Assembly (NCBI GenBank): GCA_000175855.1
Contig: ACYB01000015.1
Coordinates: 134 to 12,258, forward strand
From: Raphidiopsis brookii D9
Lineage (GTDB): Bacteria > Cyanobacteriota > Cyanobacteriia > Cyanobacteriales > Nostocaceae
Direction: 5' to 3'
DNA length: 12,125 nt
The translations under genes were made by a program, and so were the position numbers. This document shows positions 1 through 10,089 of this stretch, piece by piece (positions within the stretch are counted from its first letter, which is position 1; the number at the start of each line of letters is the position of its first letter). The notes beneath the pieces are model-generated. The model saw nothing but the letters and a program-made list of their open reading frames with translations. It ran no database searches and was not told where the DNA came from.

Positions 1-2
1 CG

Positions 3-968
3 CGTTACGAGTTGACCGACGACATCAATCTTCGCGCTTCCATCGGCACAGGGTTCCGCGCACCAACGCCCGGACAATTGTCGACGGCTAACGTATCCAC
101 CCGCTTCCCAGCTAGTGAACCTGTCGCCTCGGGCCTCTTCCCGGCCACCAACCCGGTCTCGCTCTTCCTTGGGGCAAAGCCACTGGAACCCGAGCGGTCG
201 AAGAATTACTCGGCAGGTGTCACAGCAGCTGTGGGTGACTTTAACTTCACCCTCGACTTCTACCAAATCGACATTGAAGGCCAATTCTATGCAACGCGCT
301 CGATCACGGTAACCCCGACCATCCAAACAGCCTTGATTGCCGCCAATGTGCCCGGTGCTAACACAATTGGTGCTGTGCAATTCTTCCAGAATGCATTCGA
401 CTCTGTCACCAAGGGTGTCGACTTTGTGGGCACGTATCGAGCCGACTTTGGAGACTATGGCAAAACCAACTTCACCCTTAGCGCGAACTACAACACCTTT
501 AAGGTCGGTGACATTCTGATTGGCTCGCCCTCAGCGCTCCTGTTCTTGGAAGAGGATGTCTATGACTTTGAAAATGGCGTGCCAGAGTTCAAATCAAACT
601 TCACCGTCAACCACAGCATTGGCAAATTCACAGGGATGTTGCGGGCCAATTATTGGGGCGAATATACCGCATCCAATTGCTTAACCTCGCAACCAATCAG
701 CGTCTTCAAGTGCCCCACCAGCACAGTCTATCCAGAAGGCTTGATCAAGCAAAAACTGGGTAGTGAAGTCCTGATTGATATGGAAGTCTCTTACGACTTC
801 CCCAAAGATGTGATTGTCACTTTGGGTGCTCGTAACATCACAAACGAATATCCAGACGAAGGTGCTGCTCGTTTGGGTGAGACGGGCAACGGCCGGGTCT
901 ACCGGTCCGATTCACTCGTTGATTGGCAAGGTACCTATTATTATCTGAAGATCAAAAAGACGTTCTAA
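3..968 (+). CDS. TonB-dependent outer-membrane receptor, C-terminal beta-barrel portion (5' end outside window)
   Basis: The frame is open to the window edge. The track's M at 12 is a TTG codon preceded in frame by R-Y-E, so the true start lies upstream. The translation RYELTDDINLRASIGTGFRAPTPGQL is a typical TonB-dependent receptor motif and the rest reads as barrel sequence. The C-terminus ...YYYLKIKKTF ends in the terminal aromatic Phe typical of these receptors. Confidence 0.85.
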   Translation, partial: RYELTDDINLRASIGTGFRAPTPGQLSTANVSTRFPASEPVASGLFPATNPVSLFLGAKPLEPERSKNYSAGVTAAVGDFNFTLDFYQIDIEGQFYATRSITVTPTIQTALIAANVPGANTIGAVQFFQNAFDSVTKGVDFVGTYRADFGDYGKTNFTLSANYNTFKVGDILIGSPSALLFLEEDVYDFENGVPEFKSNFTVNHSIGKFTGMLRANYWGEYTASNCLTSQPISVFKCPTSTVYPEGLIKQKLGSEVLIDMEVSYDFPKDVIVTLGARNITNEYPDEGAARLGETGNGRVYRSDSLVDWQGTYYYLKIKKTF

Positions 969-993
969 GCTGGACATTCCAGTGCGAAGTCTG

Positions 994-1021
994 AATGGGC
1001 GGGTCTTTGATCCGCCCATTT
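994..1021 (+). terminator. Weak candidate intrinsic terminator after the receptor gene
   Basis: A perfect 9-bp stem, aatgggcgg (994..1002) paired with ccgcccatt (1012..1020), encloses a 9-nt loop 26 nt after the stop codon. Only a very short T tract follows, so it is not canonical. Confidence 0.35.
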
Positions 1022-1111
1022 GCATATAAAGGCGGGCGGCAAGGTATGGATTGAGGGTCTTGTCGCTTTCGCTTAGGGTGATGGAGTGCCAATTATACCA
1101 GGTCTTATTTC

Positions 1112-2272
1112 ATGATTTCAAAGCTTGCGATATCCGGGTATCGATCCCTTCGTGACTGCGTGTTGGCGCTGGGTAGCATCAATTTGGTGACGGGGCCTAA
1201 TGGTGCGGGCAAGTCGAATGTCTATCGGGCATTGCGCCTCTTAGGTGATGTGGCACAAGGGCGCGTCATTCAATCCTTAGCCCAAGAAGGCGGCCTGAAT
1301 TCCACCTTGTGGGCCGGCCCCGAGTCCTTCTCATCTGCCATGAAGCGCGGTGATTTGGCTGTGCAAGGCACGCAACGCCGAGGCCCGGTTGCCTTAAAGT
1401 TGGGCTTCTCAGGCGACGATTATGGCTATGCTATTGATTTAGGTCTTCCCGTCCCCTCCACATCCGCCTTTTCCCGCGACCCGGCCATCAAAGCTGAAGC
1501 CCTTTGGGTCGGCGAGACCTTGGGCCGATCTAATTCAATCGCCCTTCGTAATGGACCTGGCGTTCGTTTGCGCGATGAAGATGGCCAGTGGCAACAGGCC
1601 TATACGACCTTAGCAAGTCATGATTCGATGATGACGCACTGCAGTGATCCAGATGATGGGTTGGAGCTTTTGGTGGTGCGCGAACGTCTGCGCAGTTGGC
1701 GTTATTATGATCATTTGCGGACCGATCGTGACGCCCCCGCACGCCAACCCCAAATTGGTACCTATACCCCCGTCTTGGCCAGCAATGGAGCGGACTTGGC
1801 AGCCGCCATCCAAACCATCCGCGAGATCGGTGATGGTGCCGCCTTTGATGCCGCGATTGCCGACGCCTTTGATCGGGCTGAAGTGGAAGTCATCGGGAAA
1901 GACGACGGCTATTTTGATCTTCAAGTCCGCCAACATGGCCTCTTGCGTCCGCTGCGAGTGGCGGAGCTTTCTGATGGAACTTTGCGGTATCTTCTGTTGG
2001 TCGCAGCCTTATTGTCGCCCGACCCCCCTTCCCTCATGGTCCTAAACGAACCTGAGACGAGCTTGCATCCTGATCTTCTGGCCCCACTGGCACGGCTTGT
2101 GGTGACGGCCGCGCGCAGAACCCAATTAATCATCGTGACTCACGCGCCCGCACTGGTGGAGGCACTATCCATCGAGGCGGAGGTTGCGTTGTTTGAGCTA
2201 AGCAAGCACCTTGGCGAAACAAATGTTTCAGGGCCGGACAAACCAAACTGGAATTGGCCCAGTCGTTCCTAA
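1112..2272 (+). CDS. Stand-alone ABC/SMC-like P-loop ATPase (AAA_21/AAA_15-type predicted ATPase)
   Basis: 386-aa ORF. The ATG at 1112 is the first start after the in-frame stop at 1079..1081. Walker A is GPNGAGKS (aa 28-35) after the N-terminus MISKLAISGYRSLRD. The protein also has a signature-like LSDGTLRYLLL, a Walker-B-like LMVLNEPETSLHP and an H-loop IIVTHAP. No fused effector domain is evident. Confidence 0.8.
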   Translation: MISKLAISGYRSLRDCVLALGSINLVTGPNGAGKSNVYRALRLLGDVAQGRVIQSLAQEGGLNSTLWAGPESFSSAMKRGDLAVQGTQRRGPVALKLGFSGDDYGYAIDLGLPVPSTSAFSRDPAIKAEALWVGETLGRSNSIALRNGPGVRLRDEDGQWQQAYTTLASHDSMMTHCSDPDDGLELLVVRERLRSWRYYDHLRTDRDAPARQPQIGTYTPVLASNGADLAAAIQTIREIGDGAAFDAAIADAFDRAEVEVIGKDDGYFDLQVRQHGLLRPLRVAELSDGTLRYLLLVAALLSPDPPSLMVLNEPETSLHPDLLAPLARLVVTAARRTQLIIVTHAPALVEALSIEAEVALFELSKHLGETNVSGPDKPNWNWPSRS

Positions 2273-2278
2273 GCAGAC

Positions 2279-2683
2279 TTAGTCGGTTGCGATCCCGTGG
2301 GCTGCAAGAGCTTGCTTCAGTTGTTGAGCGGAACCAAAGCAATAGCCAGGGATACGATAAGGGGCAGCACCAGTTCGGTCGAGCCAAACGCTAGGCTGTC
2401 CACTCGAAAATTGCGTCATTCGCATGCCTTTAATTGTTGATAGAGGAATCTCTTCCTGCCAGTTGTCCTTAAAGAGCGTGAGCGAATGCGCGTTCAGTTT
2501 CAACCCGCTGTGGCTATTCTGGATTAGCATCAGGGCCGCCATTAAACCGGCGATGCCGGGCATGGCAAGAAAATACCATGGCGCTTGATAGTAAAAGCCA
2601 ACAGCTACCAACGCGCCGCCAAGTAGAGCGGCAATGACGACAATCGGCCGGCGACCCTTTTGTTCGAACTGATAATCCATCAC
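2279..2683 (-). CDS. Small hypothetical membrane protein (two predicted TM helices plus a soluble C-terminal domain)
   Basis: 134-aa ORF. The hydrophobic stretches PIVVIAALLGGALVAVGFYY and FLAMPGIAGLMAALMLI follow a basic N-terminus (QKGRR). The track start at 2683 is a GTG and an ATG follows at 2680. An AGGGGG Shine-Dalgarno-like motif lies 7 nt upstream of the GTG. The frame has no stop between 2683 and the cloning junction at 2745, so 5' truncation by cloning cannot be excluded. The gene is convergent with the ATPase gene, with 6 nt between the stops. Confidence 0.6.
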   Translation of the reverse strand: MMDYQFEQKGRRPIVVIAALLGGALVAVGFYYQAPWYFLAMPGIAGLMAALMLIQNSHSGLKLNAHSLTLFKDNWQEEIPLSTIKGMRMTQFSSGQPSVWLDRTGAAPYRIPGYCFGSAQQLKQALAAHGIATD

Positions 2684-2745
2684 TTGTTTGCCCCCTGCTG
2701 CTCTGCCATCGCTTCGCTGCAGGCCTGCATGGTCATTGAGTTGAG

Positions 2746-2831
2746 GTGGGATCCTCTAGAGTCGACCTGCAGGCATGCAAGCTTGAGTATTCTATAGTCT
2801 CACCTAAATAGCTTGGCGTAATCATGGTCAT
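2746..2831 (-). CDS. lacZ: lacZ-alpha 5' fragment with polylinker, interrupted by the cloned insert
   Basis: On the minus strand the ATG at 2831..2829 reads ATGACCATGATTACGCCAAGC..., then runs through HindIII-SphI-PstI-SalI-XbaI-BamHI to the junction. The 86 nt leave 2 nt of a codon that is completed on the other side of the insert. Confidence 0.85.
2792..2809 (-). promoter_or_regulatory. SP6-type phage promoter variant facing the insert
   Basis: The minus strand reads ATTTAGGTGAGACTATAG. The canonical SP6 promoter is ATTTAGGTGACACTATAG, so one base differs. Confidence 0.55.
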
Positions 2832-2943
2832 AGCTGTTTCCTGTGTGAAATTGTTATCCGCTCACAATTCCACACAACATACGAGCCGGAAGCATAAAGT
2901 GTAAAGCCTGGGGTGCCTAATGAGTGAGCTAACTCACATTAAT
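2832..2943 (-). promoter_or_regulatory. lac promoter, lac operator and CAP site driving lacZ-alpha
   Basis: The operator aattgttatccgctcacaatt lies at 2849..2869. On the minus strand the -10 TATGTT maps to 2876..2881 and the -35 TTTACA to 2900..2905. The CAP site taatgagtgagctaactcacattaatt lies at about 2918..2943. Confidence 0.9.
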
Positions 2944-3160
2944 TGCGTTGCGCTCACTGCCCGCTTTCCAGTCGGGAAACCTGTCGTGCCAGCTGCATTA
3001 ATGAATCGGCCAACGCGAACCCCTTGCGGCCGCCCGGGCCGTCGACCAATTCTCATGTTTGACAGCTTATCATCGAATTTCTGCCATTCATCCGCTTATT
3101 ATCACTTATTCAGGCGTAGCAACCAGGCGTTTAAGGGCACCAATAACTGCCTTAAAAAAA

Positions 3161-3820
3161 TTACGCCCCGCCCTGCCACTCATCGCAGTACTGTTGTAAT
3201 TCATTAAGCATTCTGCCGACATGGAAGCCATCACAAACGGCATGATGAACCTGAATCGCCAGCGGCATCAGCACCTTGTCGCCTTGCGTATAATATTTGC
3301 CCATGGTGAAAACGGGGGCGAAGAAGTTGTCCATATTGGCCACGTTTAAATCAAAACTGGTGAAACTCACCCAGGGATTGGCTGAGACGAAAAACATATT
3401 CTCAATAAACCCTTTAGGGAAATAGGCCAGGTTTTCACCGTAACACGCCACATCTTGCGAATATATGTGTAGAAACTGCCGGAAATCGTCGTGGTATTCA
3501 CTCCAGAGCGATGAAAACGTTTCAGTTTGCTCATGGAAAACGGTGTAACAAGGGTGAACACTATCCCATATCACCAGCTCACCGTCTTTCATTGCCATAC
3601 GAAATTCCGGATGAGCATTCATCAGGCGGGCAAGAATGTGAATAAAGGCCGGATAAAACTTGTGCTTATTTTTCTTTACGGTCTTTAAAAAGGCCGTAAT
3701 ATCCAGCTGAACGGTCTGGTTATAGGTACATTGAGCAACTGACTGAAATGCCTCAAAATGTTCTTTACGATGCCATTGGGATATATCAACGGTGGTATAT
3801 CCAGTGATTTTTTTCTCCAT
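3161..3820 (-). CDS. cat: Chloramphenicol acetyltransferase (type I, Tn9-derived vector marker)
   Basis: The 219-aa translation [30 protein letters not shown]...[28 protein letters not shown] is the familiar CAT-I protein and is intact. Confidence 0.98.
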
Positions 3821-3925
3821 TTTAGCTTCCTTAGCTCCTGAAAATCTCGATAACTCAAAAAATACGCCCGGTAGTGATCTTATTTCATTATGGTGAAAGT
3901 TGGAACCTCTTACGTGCCGATCAAC
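3821..3925 (-). promoter_or_regulatory. cat promoter and RBS region (Tn9/pACYC184-type upstream sequence)
   Basis: The minus strand reads ...cgtaagaggttccaactttcaccataatgaaataagatcactaccgggcgtattttttgagttatcgagattttcaggagctaaggaagctaaaATG, which I recognise as the standard cat cassette leader. I did not assign hexamers. Confidence 0.6.
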
Positions 3926-4029
3926 GTCTCATTTTCGCCAAAAGTTGGCCCAGGGCTTCCCGGTATCAACAGGGACACCAGGATTTATTTATTCTGCGAA
4001 GTGATCTTCCGTCACAGGTATTTATTCGC

Positions 4030-4386
4030 GATAAGCTCATGGAGCGGCGTAACCGTCGCACAGGAAGGACAGAGAAAGCGCGGATCTGGGAAGTGACGGA
4101 CAGAACGGTCAGGACCTGGATTGGGGAGGCGGTTGCCGCCGCTGCTGCTGACGGTGTGACGTTCTCTGTTCCGGTCACACCACATACGTTCCGCCATTCC
4201 TATGCGATGCACATGCTGTATGCCGGTATACCGCTGAAAGTTCTGCAAAGCCTGATGGGACATAAGTCCATCAGTTCAACGGAAGTCTACACGAAGGTTT
4301 TTGCGCTGGATGTGGCTGCCCGGCACCGGGTGCAGTTTGCGATGCCGGAGTCTGATGCGGTTGCGATGCTGAAACAATTATCCTGA
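4030..4386 (+). pseudogene. resD: 3' fragment of the F-plasmid ResD tyrosine recombinase (labelled redF on vendor maps), truncated at the join with the cat cassette
   Basis: Only the C-terminal part of the 170-aa track ORF is recombinase-like. It contains ...HTFRHSYAMHMLYAGIPLKVLQSLMGHKSISSTEVYTKV... with the H-x-x-R box and the catalytic Tyr. Upstream of about 4029 the sequence is cat-cassette DNA, so the N-terminal domain is missing. Confidence 0.8.
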
Positions 4387-4779
4387 GAATAAATGCCTTG
4401 GCCTTTATATGGAAATGTGGAACTGAGTGGATATGCTGTTTTTGTCTGTTAAACAGAGAAGCTGGCTGTTATCCACTGAGAAGCGAACGAAACAGTCGGG
4501 AAAATCTCCCATTATCGTAGAGATCCGCATTATTAATCTCAGGAGCCTGTGTAGCGTTTATAGGAAGTAGTGTTCTGTCATGATGCCTGCAAGCGGTAAC
4601 GAAAACGATTTGAATATGCCTTCAGGAACAATAGAAATCTTCGTGCGGTGTTACGTTGAAGTGGAGCGGATTATGTCAGCAATGGACAGAACAACCTAAT
4701 GAACACAGAACCATGATGTGGTCTGTCCTTTTACAGCCAGTAGTGCTCGCCGCAGTCGAGCGACAGGGCGAAGCCCTCG

Positions 4780-5397
4780 GCTGGTTGCCCTCGCCGCTGG
4801 GCTGGCGGCCGTCTATGGCCCTGCAAACGCGCCAGAAACGCCGTCGAAGCCGTGTGCGAGACACCGCGGCCGGCCGCCGGCGTTGTGGATACCTCGCGGA
4901 AAACTTGGCCCTCACTGACAGATGAGGGGCGGACGTTGACACTTGAGGGGCCGACTCACCCGGCGCGGCGTTGACAGATGAGGGGCAGGCTCGATTTCGG
5001 CCGGCGACGTGGAGCTGGCCAGCCTCGCAAATCGGCGAAAACGCCTGATTTTACGCGAGTTTCCCACAGATGATGTGGACAAGCCTGGGGATAAGTGCCC
5101 TGCGGTATTGACACTTGAGGGGCGCGACTACTGACAGATGAGGGGCGCGATCCTTGACACTTGAGGGGCAGAGTGCTGACAGATGAGGGGCGCACCTATT
5201 GACATTTGAGGGGCTGTCCACAGGCAGAAAATCCAGCATTTGCAAGGGTTTCCGCCCGTTTTTCGGCCACCGCTAACCTGTCTTTTAACCTGCTTTTAAA
5301 CCAATATTTATAAACCTTGTTTTTAACCAGGGCTGCGCCCTGTGCGCGTGACCGCGCACGCCGAAGGGGGGTGCCCCCCCTTCTCGAACCCTCCCGG
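4780..5397. other. RK2/RP4 oriV (TrfA-dependent high-copy origin) inserted into a split XhoI site of the F backbone
   Basis: Eight TrfA-type iterons of the form TGACA(G/C/T)(A/T)TGAGGGGC lie at 4916, 4937, 4972, 5109, 5132, 5155, 5177 and 5200. An A+T-rich stretch (about 5281..5325) and then a GC-rich stretch follow. The flanks ...ccctcg| and |tcgagtgagcgagg reconstitute CTCGAG. Confidence 0.9.
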
Positions 5398-5439
5398 TCG
5401 AGTGAGCGAGGAAGCACCAGGGAACAGCACTTATATATT

Positions 5440-6536
<1,097 letters not shown>

Positions 6537-6790
6537 TCTGAGGGTTATCTGTCACAGATTTGAGGGTGGTTCGTCACATTTGTTCTGACCTACTGAGGGT
6601 AATTTGTCACAGTTTTGCTGTTTCCTTCAGCCTGCATGGATTTTCTCATACTTTTTGAACTGTAATTTTTAAGGAAGCCAAATTTGAGGGCAGTTTGTCA
6701 CAGTTGATTTCCTTCTCTTTCCCTTCGTCATGTGACTTGATATCGGGGGTTAGTTCGTCATCATTGATGAGGGTTGATTATCACAGTTTA
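6537..6790. repeat. F incC iteron cluster (RepE-binding copy-control repeats)
   Basis: Five clear copies of AGGG(N7-8)(G/A)TCACA lie at 6541, 6563, 6596, 6687 and 6770, plus a degenerate copy near 6746. They are inverted relative to the ori2 iterons. Confidence 0.8.
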
Positions 6791-7123
6791 TTACTCTGAA
6801 TTGGCTATCCGCGTGTGTACCTCTACCTGGAGTTTTTCCCACGGTGGATATTTCTTCTTGCGCTGAGCGTAAGAGCTATCTGACAGAACAGTTCTTCTTT
6901 GCTTCCTCGCCAGTTCGCTCGCTATGCTCGGTTACACGGCTGCGGCGAGCGCTAGTGATAATAAGTGACTGAGGTATGTGCTCTTCTTATCTCCTTTTGT
7001 AGTGTTGCTCTTATTTTAAACAACTTTGCGGTTTTTTGATGACTTTGCGATTTTGTTGTTGCTTTGCAGTAAATTGCAAGATTTAATAAAAAAACGCAAA
7101 GCAATGATTAAAGGATGTTCAGA

Positions 7124-8306
7124 ATGAAACTCATGGAAACACTTAACCAGTGCATAAACGCTGGTCATGAAATGACGAAGGCTATCGCCATTGCACAGTT
7201 TAATGATGACAGCCCGGAAGCGAGGAAAATAACCCGGCGCTGGAGAATAGGTGAAGCAGCGGATTTAGTTGGGGTTTCTTCTCAGGCTATCAGAGATGCC
7301 GAGAAAGCAGGGCGACTACCGCACCCGGATATGGAAATTCGAGGACGGGTTGAGCAACGTGTTGGTTATACAATTGAACAAATTAATCATATGCGTGATG
7401 TGTTTTGGTACGCGATTGCGACGTGCTGAAGACGTATTTCCACCGGTGATCGGGGTTGCTGCCCATAAAGGTGGCGTTTACAAAACCTCAGTTTCTGTTC
7501 ATCTTGCTCAGGATCTGGCTCTGAAGGGGCTACGTGTTTTGCTCGTGGAAGGTAACGACCCCCAGGGAACAGCCTCAATGTATCACGGATGGGTACCAGA
7601 TCTTCATATTTCATGCAGAAGACACTCTCCTGGCCTTTCTATCTCTGGGGAAAAGGACGATGTCACCTTATGCAATAAAGCCCACTTGCTGGGCCGGGGC
7701 TTGGACATTATTCCTTCCTTGTCTGGCTCTGCACCGTATTGAAAACTGAGTTAATGGGGCAAATTTTGATGAAGGTAAACTTGCCCACCGCATCCACAAC
7801 CTGATGCTCCGACATGGGCCATTGAAACTGTTGCTCATGACTATGATGTCATAGTTATTGACAGCGCGCCTAACCTGGGTATCGGCACGATTAATGTCGT
7901 ATGTGCTGCTGATGTGCTGATTGTTCCCACGCCTGCTGAGTTGTTTGACTACACCTCCGCACTGCAGTTTTTCGATATGCTTCGTGATCTGCTCAAGAAC
8001 GTTGATCTTAAAGGGTTCGAGCCTGATGTACGTATTTTGCTTACCAAATACAGCAATAGTAATGGCTCTCAGTCCCCGTGGATGGAGGAGCAAATTCGGG
8101 ATGCCTGGGGAAGCATGGTTCTAAAAAATGTTGTACGTGAAACGGATGAAGTTGGTAAAGGTCAGATCCGGATGAGAACTGTTTTTGAACAGGCCATTGA
8201 TCAACGCTCTTCAACTGGTGCCTGGAGAAATGCTCTTTCTATTTGGGAACCTGTCTGCAATGAAATTTTCGATCGTCTGATTAAACCACGCTGGGAGATT
8301 AGATAA
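7124..8306 (+). pseudogene. sopA: F-plasmid partition ATPase SopA (ParA family), frame-disrupted as represented in this sequence
   Basis: SopA-like peptide is scattered across all three + frames in track ORFs 7115..7429, 7269..7742, 7534..7749 and 7914..8306. The span from ATG 7124 to the TAA ending at 8306 is 1183 nt, which is not a multiple of 3. The Walker A KGGVYKTS and the C-terminus ...[11 protein letters not shown] are present. Confidence 0.9.
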
Positions 8307-9277
8307 TGAAGCGTGCGCCTGTTATTCCAAAACATACGCTCAATACTCAACCGGTTGAAGATACTTCGTTATCGACACCAGCTGCCCCGATGGTGGATTC
8401 GTTAATTGCGCGCGTAGGAGTAATGGCTCGCGGTAATGCCATTACTTTGCCTGTATGTGGTCGGGATGTGAAGTTTACTCTTGAAGTGCTCCGGGGTGAT
8501 AGTGTTGAGAAGACCTCTCGGGTATGGTCAGGTAATGAACGTGACCAGGAGCTGCTTACTGAGGACGCACTGGATGATCTCATCCCTTCTTTTCTACTGA
8601 CTGGTCAACAGACACCGGCGTTCGGTCGAAGAGTATCTGGTGTCATAGAAATTGCCGATGGGAGTCGCCGTCGTAAAGCTGCTGCACTTACCGAAAGTGA
8701 TTATCGTGTTCTGGTTGGCGAGCTGGATGATGAGCAGATGGCTGCATTATCCAGATTGGGTAACGATTATCGCCCAACAAGTGCTTATGAACGTGGTCAG
8801 CGTTATGCAAGCCGATTGCAGAATGAATTTGCTGGAAATATTTCTGCGCTGGCTGATGCGGAAAATATTTCACGTAAGATTATTACCCGCTGTATCAACA
8901 CCGCCAAATTGCCTAAATCAGTTGTTGCTCTTTTTTCTCACCCCGGTGAACTATCTGCCCGGTCAGGTGATGCACTTCAAAAAGCCTTTACAGATAAAGA
9001 GGAATTACTTAAGCAGCAGGCATCTAACCTTCATGAGCAGAAAAAAGCTGGGGTGATATTTGAAGCTGAAGAAGTTATCACTCTTTTAACTTCTGTGCTT
9101 AAAACGTCATCTGCATCAAGAACTAGTTTAAGCTCACGACATCAGTTTGCTCCTGGAGCGACAGTATTGTATAAGGGCGATAAAATGGTGCTTAACCTGG
9201 ACAGGTCTCGTGTTCCAACTGAGTGTATAGAGAAAATTGAGGCCATTCTTAAGGAACTTGAAAAGCCAGCACCCTGA
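8306..9277 (+). CDS. sopB: F-plasmid partition protein SopB (ParB family)
   Basis: Intact 323-aa [24 protein letters not shown]...[10 protein letters not shown]. Its start overlaps the sopA stop (TAATG). Confidence 0.97.
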
Positions 9278-9367
9278 TGCGACCACGTTTTAGTCTACGT
9301 TTATCTGTCTTTACTTAATGTCCTTTGTTACAGGCCAGAAAGCATAACTGGCCTGAATATTCTCTCT

Positions 9368-9884
9368 GGGCCCACTGTTCCACTTGTATCGTCGGTCTGA
9401 TAATCAGACTGGGACCACGGTCCCACTCGTATCGTCGGTCTGATTATTAGTCTGGGACCACGGTCCCACTCGTATCGTCGGTCTGATTATTAGTCTGGGA
9501 CCACGGTCCCACTCGTATCGTCGGTCTGATAATCAGACTGGGACCACGGTCCCACTCGTATCGTCGGTCTGATTATTAGTCTGGGACCATGGTCCCACTC
9601 GTATCGTCGGTCTGATTATTAGTCTGGGACCACGGTCCCACTCGTATCGTCGGTCTGATTATTAGTCTGGAACCACGGTCCCACTCGTATCGTCGGTCTG
9701 ATTATTAGTCTGGGACCACGGTCCCACTCGTATCGTCGGTCTGATTATTAGTCTGGGGACCACGATCCCACTCGTGTTGTCGGTCTGATTATCGGTCTGG
9801 GACCACGGTCCCACTTGTATTGTCGATCAGACTATCAGCGTGAGACTACGATTCCATCAATGCCTGTCAAGGGCAAGTATTGAC
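9368..9884. repeat. sopC: sopC centromere: tandem 43-bp repeats
   Basis: Eleven clear 43-bp units (consensus gggaccacggtcccactcgtatcgtcggtctgattattagtct) start at 9368, 9411, 9454, 9497, 9540, 9583, 9626, 9669, 9712, 9755 and 9799. A degenerate twelfth unit follows. The unit at 9755 is 44 bp because it reads gggg where the others read ggg. Confidence 0.9.
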
Positions 9885-10089
9885 ATGTCGTCGTAACCTG
9901 TAGAACGGGAAGTAACCTCGGTGGTGCGGTTGTATGGCCTGCTGTGGATTGCTCGCTGTGTCCTGCTTATCCACAACATTTTGCGGCACGGTTATGTGGA
10001 CAAAAATACCTGGTTTACCCAGGCCGTGCCGGCACGTTAACCGGGCTGCATCCGATGCAAGTGTGTCGCTGTCGACGAGCTCGCGAGCT

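Noticed and set aside
115-519. 65-aa and 60-aa alternative-frame ORFs inside the receptor gene
   Set aside because: They are shadow ORFs. The main frame has clear TonB-dependent receptor sequence throughout.
1530-2387. Multiple 70-133 aa ORFs overlapping the ATPase gene on both strands
   Set aside because: They are Arg/Pro/Ser-rich shadow frames of a moderately GC-rich gene with no recognisable motifs.
2920-3207. 95-aa ORF on the + strand
   Set aside because: It runs through the CAP site, vector backbone and NotI linker into the antisense 3' end of cat, so it has no coding support.
3161-4386. Resistance gene next to a tyrosine recombinase, suggesting a transposon or integron-like cassette
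   Set aside because: cat is the Tn9-derived vector marker. The recombinase is only the C-terminal fragment of F ResD, fused to cat-cassette DNA at about 4029.
4656-5417. Several 64-89 aa ORFs on both strands, plus the repeated TGACA..TGAGGGGC motifs
   Set aside because: They lie inside the GC-rich RK2 oriV. The motifs are TrfA iterons and the ORFs are Arg/Pro-rich artefacts of GC-rich non-coding DNA.
9368-9884. Highly regular 43-bp repeat array that could be mistaken for a CRISPR array
   Set aside because: The units are directly tandem with no unique spacers and match the sopC centromere consensus.
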